Origin: Massalongia carnosa
Lineage: Eukaryota
Assembly (NCBI GenBank): GCA_965645245.1
Contig: OZ287068.1
Span: 2,170,001-2,234,000 of the forward strand
DNA: 64,000 nt
Direction: 5' to 3'
Shown here: piece by piece, positions 26,816 through 40,273 of the stretch
How positions within the stretch are numbered: position 1 is the first letter of the stretch
Layout of the letters: each line of letters begins with the position of its first letter
Made by a program: the position numbers and the translations under genes
Notes under the pieces: generated by a model
Seen by the model: the letters and a program-made list of their open reading frames with translations, nothing else
Told to the model about the DNA's origin: nothing
Databases searched by the model: none

Positions 26816-27528
26816 ATGAAGTTGTTCCTGCTTTATGATGTTCTTTTACTTGTTTGTCTGGCTCAAACGCGGCCTTCGTCTCCTAGTTGGTTATTGGTTG
26901 ATACGCCTCTCAATGCGCCTGTTGACGTGACCACCTTGCCCTTCAACTGGCACGATGTCGTCAATACAGATTGTAAATATAACCAAGTATGACACTCGCG
27001 GCATTATACTGCTCGTACTCACTTGAGTTTTTAGTATCGCGGAACTTACGTGCCCAGAGACCAATGCCCTGATGGCGCCGCTTTCAAAGGCCCTTACTCG
27101 AGTAAGTGCCCGATTTTATGCTGGGGTACATCTTCATCAGGACGCCCGTCTCCAGAGGTCCCAAGTCTGCAGCCGTTTCTTCCTTATACTAATGCTTCTT
27201 TCCCAGCTAATGACCCCCATACCGATCTGCAATGCTGCATCATGGCAACGTGCTTACAGGATGATGAATACAACCCATATAGTGATCGCTCCTGCATGGA
27301 TTTCCGAAATTTACCAACGTGCTTTGGAGGTTCGGGCAAATTCGTCCAGTCAATCTTTTTTCCACTTTTCTTCCAGGAGTCCTGAGACTGACGTTTCCTA
27401 TAAGACAACTTTGCCCCGGTTTCCCACTGGACGTCCAATGCTGTGTTGAGAATCCCGCCGCATTAGTAATTTCCGCCGCCGCTCTCAAGTGGCTGAATGA
27501 GCCAATCGAGGATGATACTTTGAGCTAA
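26816..27528 (+). CDS. Small secreted Cys-rich protein (about 4 exons), possibly degenerating
   Basis: MKLFLLYDVLLLVCLAQT signal; exons give DCKYNQ|YRGTYVPRDQCPDG, NDPHTDLQCC and LCPGFPLDVQCCVENP; two gt..ag introns plus a possible GC donor. Confidence 0.55.
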
Positions 27529-30500
27529 CACGTACCTTCTTTGAATCCGCCGAAGTGAACTGGGTGGCGATGTGATATCTGTTTGGCGTTGTCAGGTGGC
27601 TGTTGTGAGAATCAGCATAATACTTCGGGTTGCATTCCGGAACTTCAAGCCTTGTTACGGCCATGTAAAATTAGGTATTTTGGTATCAGAAGCAACATGT
27701 GACATTGACTAATCATCCAGGGACCAAAGACTCGCCCGGATATCTGTGATTCGGTATGATACGGAGTTGGTTTCTTTGATAAGAAATTATCCCTAGTGGC
27801 AGAATTACCTCTCCAAAGCGTTTCGTTGCCTATCGTTCTTTTCATGAAGGGACTTGATCAGCTTCGTTAACTTACAAATCTGTTTAATTCTCCTTTGATA
27901 CAAGGCTTCCCTACCACCACAGTCAACAGCCTCTCGCATTTTTACGGAAAGACGGCATGCAAAAGGCAATCAGCTGAAACGTAGACGTTAAATATACTGC
28001 AATGCTAGACGAAATTGATATTATACCTGTAAGACCAGCCAACAAGAACTGTATCAGCTCAAACAAATCGGCGAATCCCCAGAATTTTCCTTCAATGTAA
28101 CGGAGTGGACGAGATTATTTAGAATAGCCTATGGTGAAAACTTATAATCCATGGTAGGAGACCTGGACCTATAAAGCTGCCTATAAAAGTATCTAGAAGG
28201 AGTATAGGCCAGTGAAATTCAGCAACCTCTATTTTCTTGAACGGCATCTAATAAAGAGCATAGGTCGTGCCCATCCTCGGAGCTCCTATATATGAGATCA
28301 TGTCATAAATCTGGGTGGGCGGAAACATGATGGCTGAAGGAGAAAGAACCGGCAGATATTCACTCGATGGAGAACATTTTCTAAGTAGTTTCAGGAAAGC
28401 TTTCTTCATCCGACTAACATTCTTTTGGATGAAGATACATCCACGTTATTAGTAGTCGATGATCCTGCATCACTCTTTTTATCTCGATAATTCTCAATAG
28501 CCAACCTGATAACAGATATTTACTGAGGATGAAAAGCAACCATGAAGACTTTTCGACCTTCAGGGTTTCGAGTTCCCATTCCTAGTTGCGGATTTTGATC
28601 ATGACGTGGATGCATCGCTTGAATATTGGAGAGATTTTAGACGTAGAAATTCATAGTACGGTATATCCAGCCCAGTCCGGCAACTGATTAATCTTAGGTA
28701 TTGGAAAGTGACCATGGCGGCCAAGATTTTCCTTAGTATATATTTGGGTTTTCCACTGCTCAGCGAAGCCACCTTCCAAACCGGCCAAGGAGTCATCAAT
28801 ATTTGATTGCTTTCATGAGCATAAAAAAGCATAGGCCTTCAGACAGCCTTTGTTTCGTGCTACCACGTGTTGCATTTGAGGATGCAACGCCGCCACTTTT
28901 GGGAAGCCAAGCAACCAGTCCAGCGAAGGGACGATCTCTTGCTCAGCTAGACCCTATGTCTTCAAATATCCCACCAAATTCTGCGCTTGAGGGGGGGGGG
29001 GTTTATTATGGAGATACTGAGCTCCTAGGCAAGTTGACCCCAGATGTCCCAACAGCTGGTTCCCACAAGCAAGCTAGCATTATAGAAACTCTAGCCATCA
29101 TAATCTTTGATGAAGTTCGGATTGAAGGAAGTGATTAAGCAATACAGAAAGCAAAAAAAGTCTCCGAGATCAGTTTTGTTGCAGCCGTCATGCGAAATCT
29201 AGAAGGCGCTGTTTGCAATCAATATTACGCTTTTCGCCAAGTCCACATCAGTAGCTTGCTGAATCTCGAGGGCGAGACACATAACACATTAAAGGCTTTT
29301 TTGGGGCTTTATCGACTTCATGACTTATCTCGTGGTCGAGCGATACCTGAACGACGCGGAAAACCATGTCGGGGTTTCGCATGTATAACTAGGTGGCCAG
29401 TATCATGAAACTTAGGTCGGCCATTGGGCTGGAAGTTTCTGGAATAAGGATGATGACTCTATACTTTGTACAGATTACAGATAACAGAATTGTATACCCC
29501 GTACCTGGTCGGGTATACGTACGAGCAACGGAGGCGGCGTTCTGCGGGTTGATGAAAGAGGCGCAAAAAGTCGGTAGGCTGGAGCAGTTAGGTAGTTAAT
29601 CAGGATCGATGCCAGGATCACTGTTTTGTTCTTTTTTCCTTCCTTTTTTCGCCGTAGGTCTTGTCTCTTCCTGAGTTCCTCTGCACAGCGTATGAAGAAT
29701 ATCAATCTCATGCGTTGTTACATCAAGTAGTCCTCGTGGCAAGCGGTGTCTTTGGGTTGATAGCGACGACTTGTAACATGTCCTAGTTGAGACAAGTGTA
29801 CTCTATATAGAGTAGTGGCTTGAGCTCCACCATACAGAGAACATATCCAAAAGGAAAACTACCCACGCGTCTTCTTTTTCTATTTTGCTCACCTTCATCG
29901 CTATTCCAAGCCGTGAATCATCAAAATATGTGAGAACCAGACATTCCGAAGATGGCTTCCCGCAAGTGGCAAACAGGAGTACCTAGCGAGCGGGACGAGA
30001 AAGGCCTTGCAAGCCTTGAATACGAGCTGTATTGCAACCGAGCACCTAAGAAATCCATCGCTATCAAAAGAAACATGCTTCGTTGCGGGATGTTGTTTCT
30101 CGATGACGGAGCGACTCTGAAACGGTGGCCCTCGGAGTTGAGGCGTTGCGCATTGCTAGAACGGCTGGTTGCGGTAGCAAGCTTGCATCCACCGACGTTC
30201 AGTCAAAATTTCGAGGCTCTTCTTCTATAAACCATAATTCTATGAAAGAATTATCCCCTTCTCCAAATGGATCCTAGATTTTTGTTTCTGCAAGTGATGA
30301 TTGAAAGCTTCAAGGTCTTATCAGGATACAAGAGTTGTGAAATGCTTCTTGCGCCGGTACAGCATGCCTTTGAGCACAATGAACTAGAACAAGTGGAGCA
30401 CACCACGGGAAATCTTGAAACGAAAGGAATGGAAGCTGTTTTTCGATCACAGTTCCCCATGTTTAAGCGGGAACCCTGGAGTAGAAACGGCCTACAGCTG

Positions 30501-30644
30501 TCGTGGACGGGACGGAGTTTACTTGTCGCAGGCTTACGACACCATCACAGTTATGGATATATAAATTTTGGCATCATGTTCCTCGTCTTCATCGTCTCTC
30601 TCTCTTCCTACCTTTTCCTCCTCTGATCAAAAGCATTTTCTACC

Positions 30645-32144
30645 ATGGCTGTGCGATTCCTTACTTTACTTTGTTTTGGCTTGCATCTTGCCTCACAAGC
30701 TTCGGGGGCTCCTTTTCCTCAAGATACCACTGGAGCTACCGACACCAGTGTAGCTGCCGGCAAACCAGTTTACAGAACAGGTGGCGCCTCAAACTCCTCC
30801 CCTGATACTACCGGTGCATCATCTTCAGATACCTCCTCTGGAGACTCCACCACAGGAACAACACAAACGTCGTCAGGAACTGCCACGACAAAGTCGGGCA
30901 GTACCTCATGTAGTGGAGGAGTAACCTACACCGTGGTTCCGAGCGACACATGCTTGTCCATTTCGAAAAATGCCCAAGTCTCCACGCGAACACTCATTGG
31001 AGTGAACAGCATTCCTCCGCAGTGCGACATGCTCCACCCCGGTGATACTCTGTGCCTTCCTCCGCCCTGCGGTGCCCACGTAGTGGTGTCGGGAGATACC
31101 TGTGCGGCGCTAGCAGCGCAACAAGCAAATCAGTTCAAAGGTTATAGCGTTGCAACCATCCAGAAACTGAATCCGTGTGTACTTCCCTTCCCTTGCTGTG
31201 AGGTGCGAAGAGGCTAACGAGGTATCAGAGGTCTTGGTGCAGACTGCAAGTTGTTCAGTGACGAGACCATCTGCTTAACTCCCTCCGGCTACAAAGAGGC
31301 AACTCCAGCAGGATCGACTTCATCGCCGGCAAAAACGTCGACTGGAGGAAACTCGGATACGGCGGCGTCTGGAGACACTTACTCTGGAGGTCCATCGGGC
31401 GACCCATCCTCAGGCGAACCATCTTCAGGAGCACCATCTTCAGGCGCCCCATCTTCAGATTCATCCTCAGGCAGCCCATCAGATTCATCATCAGGCGGTC
31501 CATCCTCAGATTCATCATCAGGCGGTCCATCCTCAGATTCATCATCAGGCGGTCCATCCTCAGATTCATCATCAGGCGGTCCATCCTCAGATTCATCATC
31601 AGGCGGTTCATCCTCAGATTCATCCTCGGGAGGCCCCTCCACTGGAGGAGCAGACACTACCGGGAATAGCGGAGCCACACCTGACAAGACGTCGGGGGCG
31701 ACCGGCACCACCCCTTCACCTGAGCCGACAACAGGAGCTTCCCAACAATCTGGAAAACCATCATCAACCCCGACACCAGGAGCACCGGCCTCCTCGGTTC
31801 CTAAACTGACCCCAGCGCAAGCGGCCGCCGTAGAGAAAGCGGCAGCGAAGTACAAGGCCGCCGGAAAATCCTTCACGCCGGCGCAAACCGCGCTGATCAA
31901 AGCTGCCAACGAGGTCTTAGCGTCAGGCTCCAGCGCTCCACCCACCGGAACATCCTCGTCGCCCGAAGCTTCATCCAGTCCACCTCCAGGTTCCGCACCA
32001 AGCACTTCGTCCGGCCCGCCAACGTCCGGCGCCGGGTCGGGAGCCTCATCACAGCCACAAGGCACAAGCTCGGATGCCAGCACTGGACCTGCAGACTCGG
32101 CGTCTGGCACCTCGACCGGCCCATCGCCAAAGAGTACCGCCTAA
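30645..32144 (+). CDS. Secreted 2xLysM protein with a Ser/Gly/Thr/Pro low-complexity tail; intron 31175-31228
   Basis: Signal peptide; YTVVPSDTCLSIS...LHPGDTLCLP and HVVVSGDTCAALA...IQKLNP|GLGADCKLFSDETICL. Confidence 0.88.
31455..31640 (+). repeat. 27-bp coding minisatellite (SDSSSGGPS), about 6-7 copies
   Basis: tcagattcatcatcaggcggtccatcc repeated near-perfectly, preceded by 15-bp PSSG(A/E/D) units. Confidence 0.92.
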
Positions 32145-33375
32145 CGGGTCGTTTTCTTTCGGGGAGTTTTGCTGCCTTTCGGGTTCCCCGACGACGGGAT
32201 AGACGTATGCTTACGCTTTTAGACGGTCGGGGGGGTAGGGGGAAGGGAGGAACGGAATATCATTAATCAATCGACGAACCGGACTTACTAAAAGTCCAGA
32301 GATCGGGTGTGGAACTTGTCCGTCCTAGCATGGAAGGCTGGGAGATCCATTGCCGAAACAGGGCAGCACTGGTTATTTTTGTATATACGTGCCTCACAGG
32401 CTGCTCTATATATCTACAGAGTATCTAGTCCGGTGTATTCGCAACACCTGTAACATCTCATTACATAGCCCCGAATTGCGTTGGTTATGTTTCCCCTTTC
32501 CCTTGCCGAGTCGATTGCTCCCTCTCCAACTCACTCATTCAATCACTTACTGCGCCCCTCTGTTCCGGCATGGCATGGTTTCTGGGGCTTTGGAGGTCTG
32601 GCCGTGAATAAGTTTACTCTAGAGAGGTAACCAAACAAACAGGAATCTACTTACGCAATTTTAAGTTACCCAATCCATTGAGCAGTCTTTCCTCTCTCTT
32701 GCTGTCTATCTATCTATCTTACACCAACAAACATCCTCGATCAGACCTAGAACAGAATACCCAGAATAGAATAAGAACGATTCTCGCCACGTTTCTGTGC
32801 TCGTAGACATTTTTTTTTCTACTTTTCTTTTCTTTTCGGAAATGCGGGTTCTGGTATAGCGTATGAGTACCAGAAGAATCCTTTAGGGGGGGATGGTGGT
32901 GGTGAGGAGGAGAAGAAAGAGGAGGAGAAATATTTAGGTTTTGGGATGTATGTTGGAGGGAAAAGCTGGCGTTCAACACACACCTTTAACCTTTAAACCC
33001 TTAACCTAACGATCGATCTTCATCTTTAATAGATCCTGACGGTAGATTTGACAGACACCATCCATCCATCCATATCAAACCCCCCACAACCGCATTGACA
33101 TGTTCCATTCAAATCAATCCTCCAAACAATCCTATGTCTATCTAACCCCCAAACCCAACACGTCTCGGTACCCGATAGGAAGCGGGAAGAAAAGAACAAA
33201 AAAAACGATCCCTTCAGTTTAGTTACTTATCAGAGGTCTTCCGCCAAAACACGTGATCTCCTGAATCTATGATGACTATGTCAAGTTGTAGTGCTTGGTT
33301 TGACTTCTTTGTTTTGGGTGAAATTTTGGGGTGGTAGAGGGGGTTGGGAGATAAGTGATGAGGAAATGGGAACGG

Positions 33376-33429
33376 ACGGGGACGGGGACGGGGACGGGGA
33401 CGGAGACGGGGACGGGGATGGGGACGGGG
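33376..33429. repeat. (GGGGAC)n hexamer repeat, about 9 units
   Basis: Read directly: ggggacggggacggggac... Confidence 0.9.
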
Positions 33430-33797
33430 AATTGCAATGAGTACAGAGTACATATAGTGCTAGATATTTAAGCATATGCTGGGCTTAAAAGCGCAGAGGA
33501 GATAGATGGTTGGCTTGACGGTATAAAACTGTGTATGGTATTGTAAGATATGGTAGGGTATGCATTTCGGCTAGGATGTGGTCGGCAAGAAATGGCTGGA
33601 TAATAATCTGCCGCAAAAGCGTGGAGCCTCGTCTATTGATGATTTCCTAACAGCTTCGCTTACGACGGGGCCGTGGGACATTATTGACAGGATGGCAAGT
33701 AGATGTAACTACTTTAAACGTGTGAATTAAAGGGTTTCGATTGTAGGTGATCCTGGTCCATTAAAAAGGTCATTTATTACTACTTTTGAGGTTCGCG

Positions 33798-35483
33798 TTA
33801 GAAGCCATCCAGCGCATTGGTATTGTCCGCAACAACGCCGTTGAGTTCCCGAGGGTTGTATCCAAGAGCTTTGAGAACGGTCGGTGCCACCTGCCTGGTG
33901 GAAACCCGGTGGTTGTATACACGTTTTTGTAGCTTTGGACTGCTCACGAAACACGCCACTTTGCTATTGTCCCCAAGCTATTAGCATGCGACGTACTTAA
34001 GCACAGGGGAAAGAAAAGACAAGGCTCACCGGTCGTCAGCGCTTAACCCCCCGTGTTCTTCGATCTTAGCGGTGCTGGTCGTGTAGATGACCCCTAGCTG
34101 CGGTTGCACGATAATATCGGGGACTGCGGGATCGGTTTTGGGATTGCCGAACCCAAGATCTATGAGACGATTGCCATAGATGATGTCCTCGATTCTGAGA
34201 CTCTGGCGGTTCTTCTCAAGATTGGCAACGGCTTTATCCACGTCGTCATGCTTCTTGAGAAAGATAAGCGCAATATCGTCTGACTATTTTTGATATTAGT
34301 TCGCTGAATAGAAGAGAGGACAGAGATGACCAGCGCGTTCTTACAGTTTGAAATGCGACGTCCACACCCGTGCCATTCGTAACGGCCCCCTGAGGAATTT
34401 TCTCATAAAGCTTCGGATTAATAGGGGCCTGTCCGTGCTTCGAGGCGACTACGATGAGAGTTGTATCAAGAAGACCCTTTGCGCTCAGCTTTTCAAGGAC
34501 CTTGCCGATGGAGCTGTCGACAAAATCAAGTGCTTTGAGTAGAGCAGGGGTGAAGGGATTATCTGCGCCAGCCTCGTAACCCTTGGTTTTTTGGGCGACG
34601 TTGACTTAAAAATTGTTAGCTTACTCCTGTCCAAAATGGCCCCCTGTACTTTTCCGCACTCACCAGACTGGAAATTGCCTCCGAAAAGAGTTGGGGGGCC
34701 CGTCAAGCTGCCTTCGGCATGCGCAGGGCTTTTCCCCTCGATCCAGCTTAAGAATGCATCAACATGCAACTGATCGTAGGCAATGATTGCGTCTACATTG
34801 TTCGCCACGCTTGCAATCTCCGGGAAGTATCCTTCTGAGAGCCCTTTACCACTTGGTCCCCTTACAATATCATATGCTGGATGCTTGTCGGCGTATGCAG
34901 TCTCCTTGCCTTTGGCTTTCACTACCTCGAAGATGGTATTCACTCGCACGCGGTCATGGGGGTAGATGGGTGTACATTTGCCATTGATGAGCGTCTTTGG
35001 GAGATTAGCTGGATTGATGCCGCCGGAGAAGAGTTGAGTAGCGTTGTAGTCGATGGACTCGTCGTAGACCACTTCATCTAAAAGTCAGTGGAGGGAACAA
35101 GCTGAATCTGGGTCACCAATCCACTTACCTTCGGCCCCGGGATCGCCTTTGCAATCACTTCCTGGCGGAAAGAAGGACCGATCATAAGTGTCATCATACC
35201 ATACTCCAGTTGTCTTGGGCTTTGCCCCCGTGAATTGCGCCAGAGTACCGGGGAAGGAGTCTGAAGGCGCCGAGGTGAAGGCATTGGTATATTCATAACC
35301 CGTGGCAAGGAGCTGAGCCACGGTAGACTTTGGTCTTAACTGAATATATTTACGCACGTCCGAGGAATGGAAACCATCAACGCTGAACAGGGCCACACGC
35401 TGGTGTTCAACGTAGGGGTTTGCTACGCACTGATGAGCAAATCCCAAGCAACAGGCAGCAATCGTCACAGCAGCAAAAAGCAT
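33798..35483 (-). CDS. Secreted type I phosphodiesterase/nucleotide pyrophosphatase (alkaline phosphatase superfamily), 5 exons
   Basis: Signal peptide; FSVDGFH, PSDSFPG..AQFTG..PKTTGVWYDD, YADKHPAY, GGNFQS, VASKHGQAP, EHGG...DDR, QVAPTVLKALG; GT-AG introns restore the frame. Confidence 0.88.
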
Positions 35484-38400
35484 GATGAAGGACCTCTGGT
35501 TGTCGTGGTGAAGGCGAGATTTGGAACGGGTTCAGAGCCTTTGGGTCGTCAGGCAAGAACAAAGGTACTTATCCAGCGGGCTAATCTTCTTCCCTCCAAG
35601 GAGAGGGGCGTTTGTGGAGGGGTGCTAAAGAAGCCTCTTCTTCCAAAGGAAAAGCAAAGGGCAAACCCCATATCGTGATCGCCGCCATTCAATAAGGTGA
35701 GTGGTGGACTGATGACCGCTTGTAGGCATGGTGATAAGCTATATTGGAACATTGAAGGAAGTAGCTCTGTGGGCTAAAGAGCGTGTACAAGCGACTGGCT
35801 TAAAGGGGTTTGTGGTCTGTGTGTTCTAGATTCAGTTGTGCTCTCGGCAGCACGTGCATTTCCGATAAACTTCATTGGACGTCGGAGATTTCTAGTCTCT
35901 AAGGTATGAAGCTAGCTTAAGGTAGCTAAAAGCGCGCTTATGCTGAAGACGTGATTGCCAAGGAGAGCACGTGCTTTATTGGACCGAAAACACTTCCGAC
36001 AACCGAAGACCAACCAACTACTCTGATCACAACCAAAGAAGTGCTCCTTTGATAAAAACAAATGCAATACAGGCCTGTCCTAGGCCTACTAACCTGTAGG
36101 CCTGCTGTAGGGGAAAACTGCTTGATATATCGGGGTCTGCCCGGAAGAGATCCAAGCACTGCATTCAAGGATTCACATCAACAGCCTCGAACACCGTATG
36201 GGAGCATATAGATTATGATGCCTTGGGATAAGAAGTGGATGTGGCTGCCTGGGAGCCATGTTGGAAGGATATATGCGACGATTACAAAAGGTCTTGTCAT
36301 TGGACTGTCAACTTTGTGGCTGACTTGATAGTGAAATCAATTGTATTTCATTAGTATTCCACTTGGGTGGATGCTTGCAACATATAAGCCCGCCTTGATT
36401 CGTTGACTGCTTTCAAGGCTGAAGATCCGAGTGCAGCCTCTCTTCCATTTGACACGCCCGGGCCAAGGGTAATAGTGGCGTACATTGAGAACTTTGGTCC
36501 AATGCGCTAAAGGTTATAGAACCATTTGATGAACTGCTCCATAAGGAATCAGCAGCCACACAACTTCATTGAGCAAACTAGGTTCCCCGGAGAAAAACCT
36601 GGCAATTTGAAGAGCCCAAAGACAAGTAGAACGCCGCAGAGGATACTTTGTGTGTTATGTCTCCTTTTTTAATGAGCTCGGTGGCCTCTGCCAGTACTTA
36701 GGTCAACTCTAAGCTGACTATAAGGACGGTCAAACCGACCTGCTTTTGATGAAGCAGATACTAACGTCCGTGGGGCGATACACTGAATGCCAACATATCC
36801 TATTACCTATTAGAGACGTGATGTAATCTCGTGCCGAATCCTTCATCAATCGATACTTCAATTACAGCTCTTGGCATCACGCCGACCGGTTCTGGGGAGA
36901 TGCATACTATGTAGCGCTTGCCTACACAACTGCTTAGGGTAGAAAACCGCCCAATCGATCCTTGGCTATGATATGGACTCTAGCGATCTTGGCGATATAC
37001 ATTCACGCTTAACAGCACGTTTCTATCGGCGAAACTTATCCCTTTCGCTGCTGTGATGGTACCACCTCGCCACAAGAAAGCCTGCTTGCTGTCAGGTTGT
37101 TCCTTAGAGCGATTCGCACAGAATCAAAAACAAGTTAACCTGATAATCTTGAAGATAAGCTTGTGTAATGTCAAAAACTCATCGCCCATAGCATAACTGG
37201 TTCAAGAGCTCTACTATAATAGAAAACCGGTGGGGCTGACAATATAATACGATGTCTTGGCACAGATGAGCAAACTCCTCTCAGCCAATCTTACAACCCC
37301 CGTGGTCAATCACTACTGCGTAACTAGGAAACTTCATCAGGCTTACATCGCTGCAGCTACTCCAGGCACTGAACGAAGAGCCGAATTTGTCTTTGATTGT
37401 TTTACCAGGCGCCGTCAGTGCACAATTCTCCTACGCCGCCATCGCACCAGTCTCCATGATGAATTCCGTAGATATACTCGGTTATACCACATCGAGAATG
37501 AAATCTTAACTCTCCTTGTCGGCAAACTGTTGTCCAGGATGCTACCAGCCACATCGAGCCAGGACTCACCTTCTAGGTGGTCTGGAGAGCGAATTGCTAT
37601 AATTGGAGAAGTTGAAAATATCGCGTTGAGCTTGAGAAGAGCACGGAAAGGCCGAAAGCAAAAACTATTGTTGATTTTCAAACTGTTCACCTGCTCCGGG
37701 GCTACAGGTATACATCTTCGGTAGTCGTGAGAAAGGGAGGATGTCGGTACTATGCCGCCGAGAAGACACCTGATATTATGAAGATGCGAGAATCGACAGC
37801 TGAAGAAACGACGACTACTTACCATATGAGATAACAAGGTTTTCCGACTGTAGAATCCCTACATGTGCATCTCTTGATGTTCTTTGGCAAACAAATGAGA
37901 TGAATACTGTGGTAGAAATATATCCAACCAAGGGCAGCACCTAAGTGAAACATTAATCCACTGTTGGCTCTCTGAACAAAGCTTCTCTCAGTACGCTTCC
38001 ATTCCCCTCAGTGAAGTCTTTCTCATGCTCCATTTTGCTTGTGACATATCCATCAACCACTTTCTCCCTACTTCATACTTCATTCCATCTCTTACTTTGA
38101 GTATTCAGGTTTGACAGCTTCTGTTGGAAAAAGAGAAAGCGCAGCTACTACTCACGCATGAGGGAGTCAGTTGTCTGCATGTTAATACCTTCTAATTTTC
38201 TATTTCTTTTTCTTGTCATCAACCTCCTTGTTCCATTCATTGCAACTTCTCTTCTTCATCTCCATTTCCGTCTTTGACCTCACTTTATTATTCTTGAACG
38301 TTGTCAGTGGAAAGCCCTAGTCTTATCTTACTTCACACAGTAATTCTAGGATTGATACGTTGGTCGCATCTACTTTAGCTCTCTCTTCGTCTATTATGTT

Positions 38401-39509
38401 GGCCACCTTTTCAACCATTTTGGACACTTGAAGAAACTCGTGCTTTAAGACACATACTCATGACTTCACTCTGCCGTTTCAAAGATAATAATATTGATCG
38501 GGTTAAGTTGAACATTGAGACTGCTTTACAAATATAAGGTATCGTTTGCGAATACTCATCAGAAATCAGGTTTTTTCACTTGTGAGAAGATGTGAGAGGT
38601 TTCACTTCCTCCAAGCCTCCTTCAGCGGATAGGTTCTCGGCAATCATCAAGTGACATCGATTTTGCACAAGTCAACGCTTTAAACTCATACTTGAAGGCT
38701 AATAAATGTGCGACGCGGTTAGTAGTAGTCAATAAGATCGGCCTCAAGATTCAAGCTCTAGCTTGTATGTACATGGACTCTCAGAATCTGACTCTCCTCA
38801 CTAGTTTTTAAGTTGGCGGATCTCCTCGGCCAATCCTTTTCGTTTCCTCCTGGAACGACTATTGTGCCGCTGCCTAGGATACATACGAAATTGAATACGA
38901 ATCCAGAGCGACGCCGTACTATCGACTTTTTCGGCGGAAAAGGAATAGTGGGAATGATTGTCAGCAGTGTTTAATATAACGACATGACACATCTTCCGGG
39001 AAGCTTTGTGTTACGATCTTGGAACTTTTTGCTACCGTTGAATTTCCTGAAACCCGATAATGACCCAAGCTAATAGTAGGAACGATGATAACCCTGAGGA
39101 TAGAATGTAAATATGCTCGGACGGCTTTCGGGAGGTTTCGAACTTGTAGATCTAGATTAGTCCGATGTAGGAATCTCCGACAAGTACAGTTTAATGTTCT
39201 GCAACAATACCCCTCTTCGCTATATGTTCGCTTCTCCGTGGCTTTAAACTCCCAGCTCTGGCCTTCACCTTCTCCTACAAGAAGACTGTCTTGCCAAGCT
39301 TTCCGGAAGCTTTGATGATATCAGCTGGTATCTCTAGATGTCCAAGAAGTATAGCGATGAGTCTGAACGATCAATTAATGACCATACCCATTACTCCTCC
39401 CAACAGATGTAGCTCACAAATCCCTTTATATCTGTCGAACCAACCAAATCATAAGTAGTTGACCGGTAATTGAGCTTTATCGAGAAACTTTATTTATTTA
39501 ATACGCTCC

Positions 39510-39757
39510 TGTTGAATATCCAATTCCTACCAGCACAATGAACACCTATCAGTTCAATGAACACAGCACCTACGGGTTGACAGATCATCTACGGAAACCG
39601 TAGATGCCGCATTATGCTTAACTAGTCCTAAGATAAGATAAGATCACCTCGCTTAGAATGGGGTAACCAGGTGCCAGTAATAGGCCTTAACATCACGGTC
39701 ATACATACCTTTATTATTACATAGCCATATAGCCATAGTCATATACCTATTTCAACA
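39510..39757 (+). repeat. 5' LTR (248 bp)
   Basis: tgttgaatatcc...tttcaaca; aligns to 46837-47117. Confidence 0.95.
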
Positions 39758-40010
39758 GGTTATGAGCCCGGAAGGGTGCTATCGATTTAAAACGAATCGA
39801 AGCTTTTAATCCGCAGCATCGCAGTGCAATCAGCTAAGCATCGTTCCTATTCAATGAATCGTAGACACATGACTAAAATCTTTCTGTGTCTTTAGAAACG
39901 ATCCCTCAAATCACATCAATCAGTTTCCTCTTCTGTACACAGCGATTTCTTGTCAGAAGCACAAAAATTGCGTGTTAGAAAGAGCATGAACACATTGATC
40001 GTACTACATC

Positions 40011-40159
40011 CAAGTCCTCGGACACCAAAGAGCTTGCTAAGCTCGATGGTCGAAGGCACCCAAGTCCTCGGACACCAAAGAGCTTGCTAAGCTCGATGGT
40101 CGAAGGCACCCAAGTCCTTGGACACCAAAAGAGCTCGCTAAGCTCGATGGTCGATGGCA
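40011..40159 (+). repeat. Three 50-bp tandem repeats in the copia 5' leader
   Basis: caagtcctcggacaccaaagagcttgctaagctcgatggtcgaaggcacc at 40011, 40061 and 40111. Confidence 0.92.
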
Positions 40160-40273
40160 AAAAAGTATAATTTTGGGCCTGAGCGGTACAAAAATCATTA
40201 AAGCGTCAGTTTCAACCGCGATTGAATTCTGGACACGCAAAAATACAAAATCCCTCGGAAATCAAAGAGCTTA

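Noticed and set aside
28000..30500. IIFDEV Walker-B-like peptide and short ORFs
   Set aside because: Isolated motif with no Walker A and no continuous frame
31255..32110. - strand repetitive ORFs (MMNLRMDRL; EDGPPDDES)
   Set aside because: Antisense readings of the LysM gene minisatellite
36200..39000. Possible decayed genes, including ORF 37257-37724 and a K/E-rich - strand tract
   Set aside because: No family motif recognised and many stops in all frames
40011..40159. CRISPR-like array
   Set aside because: The units are contiguous 50-bp tandem copies with no unique spacers, inside a eukaryotic retrotransposon, and there are no cas genes
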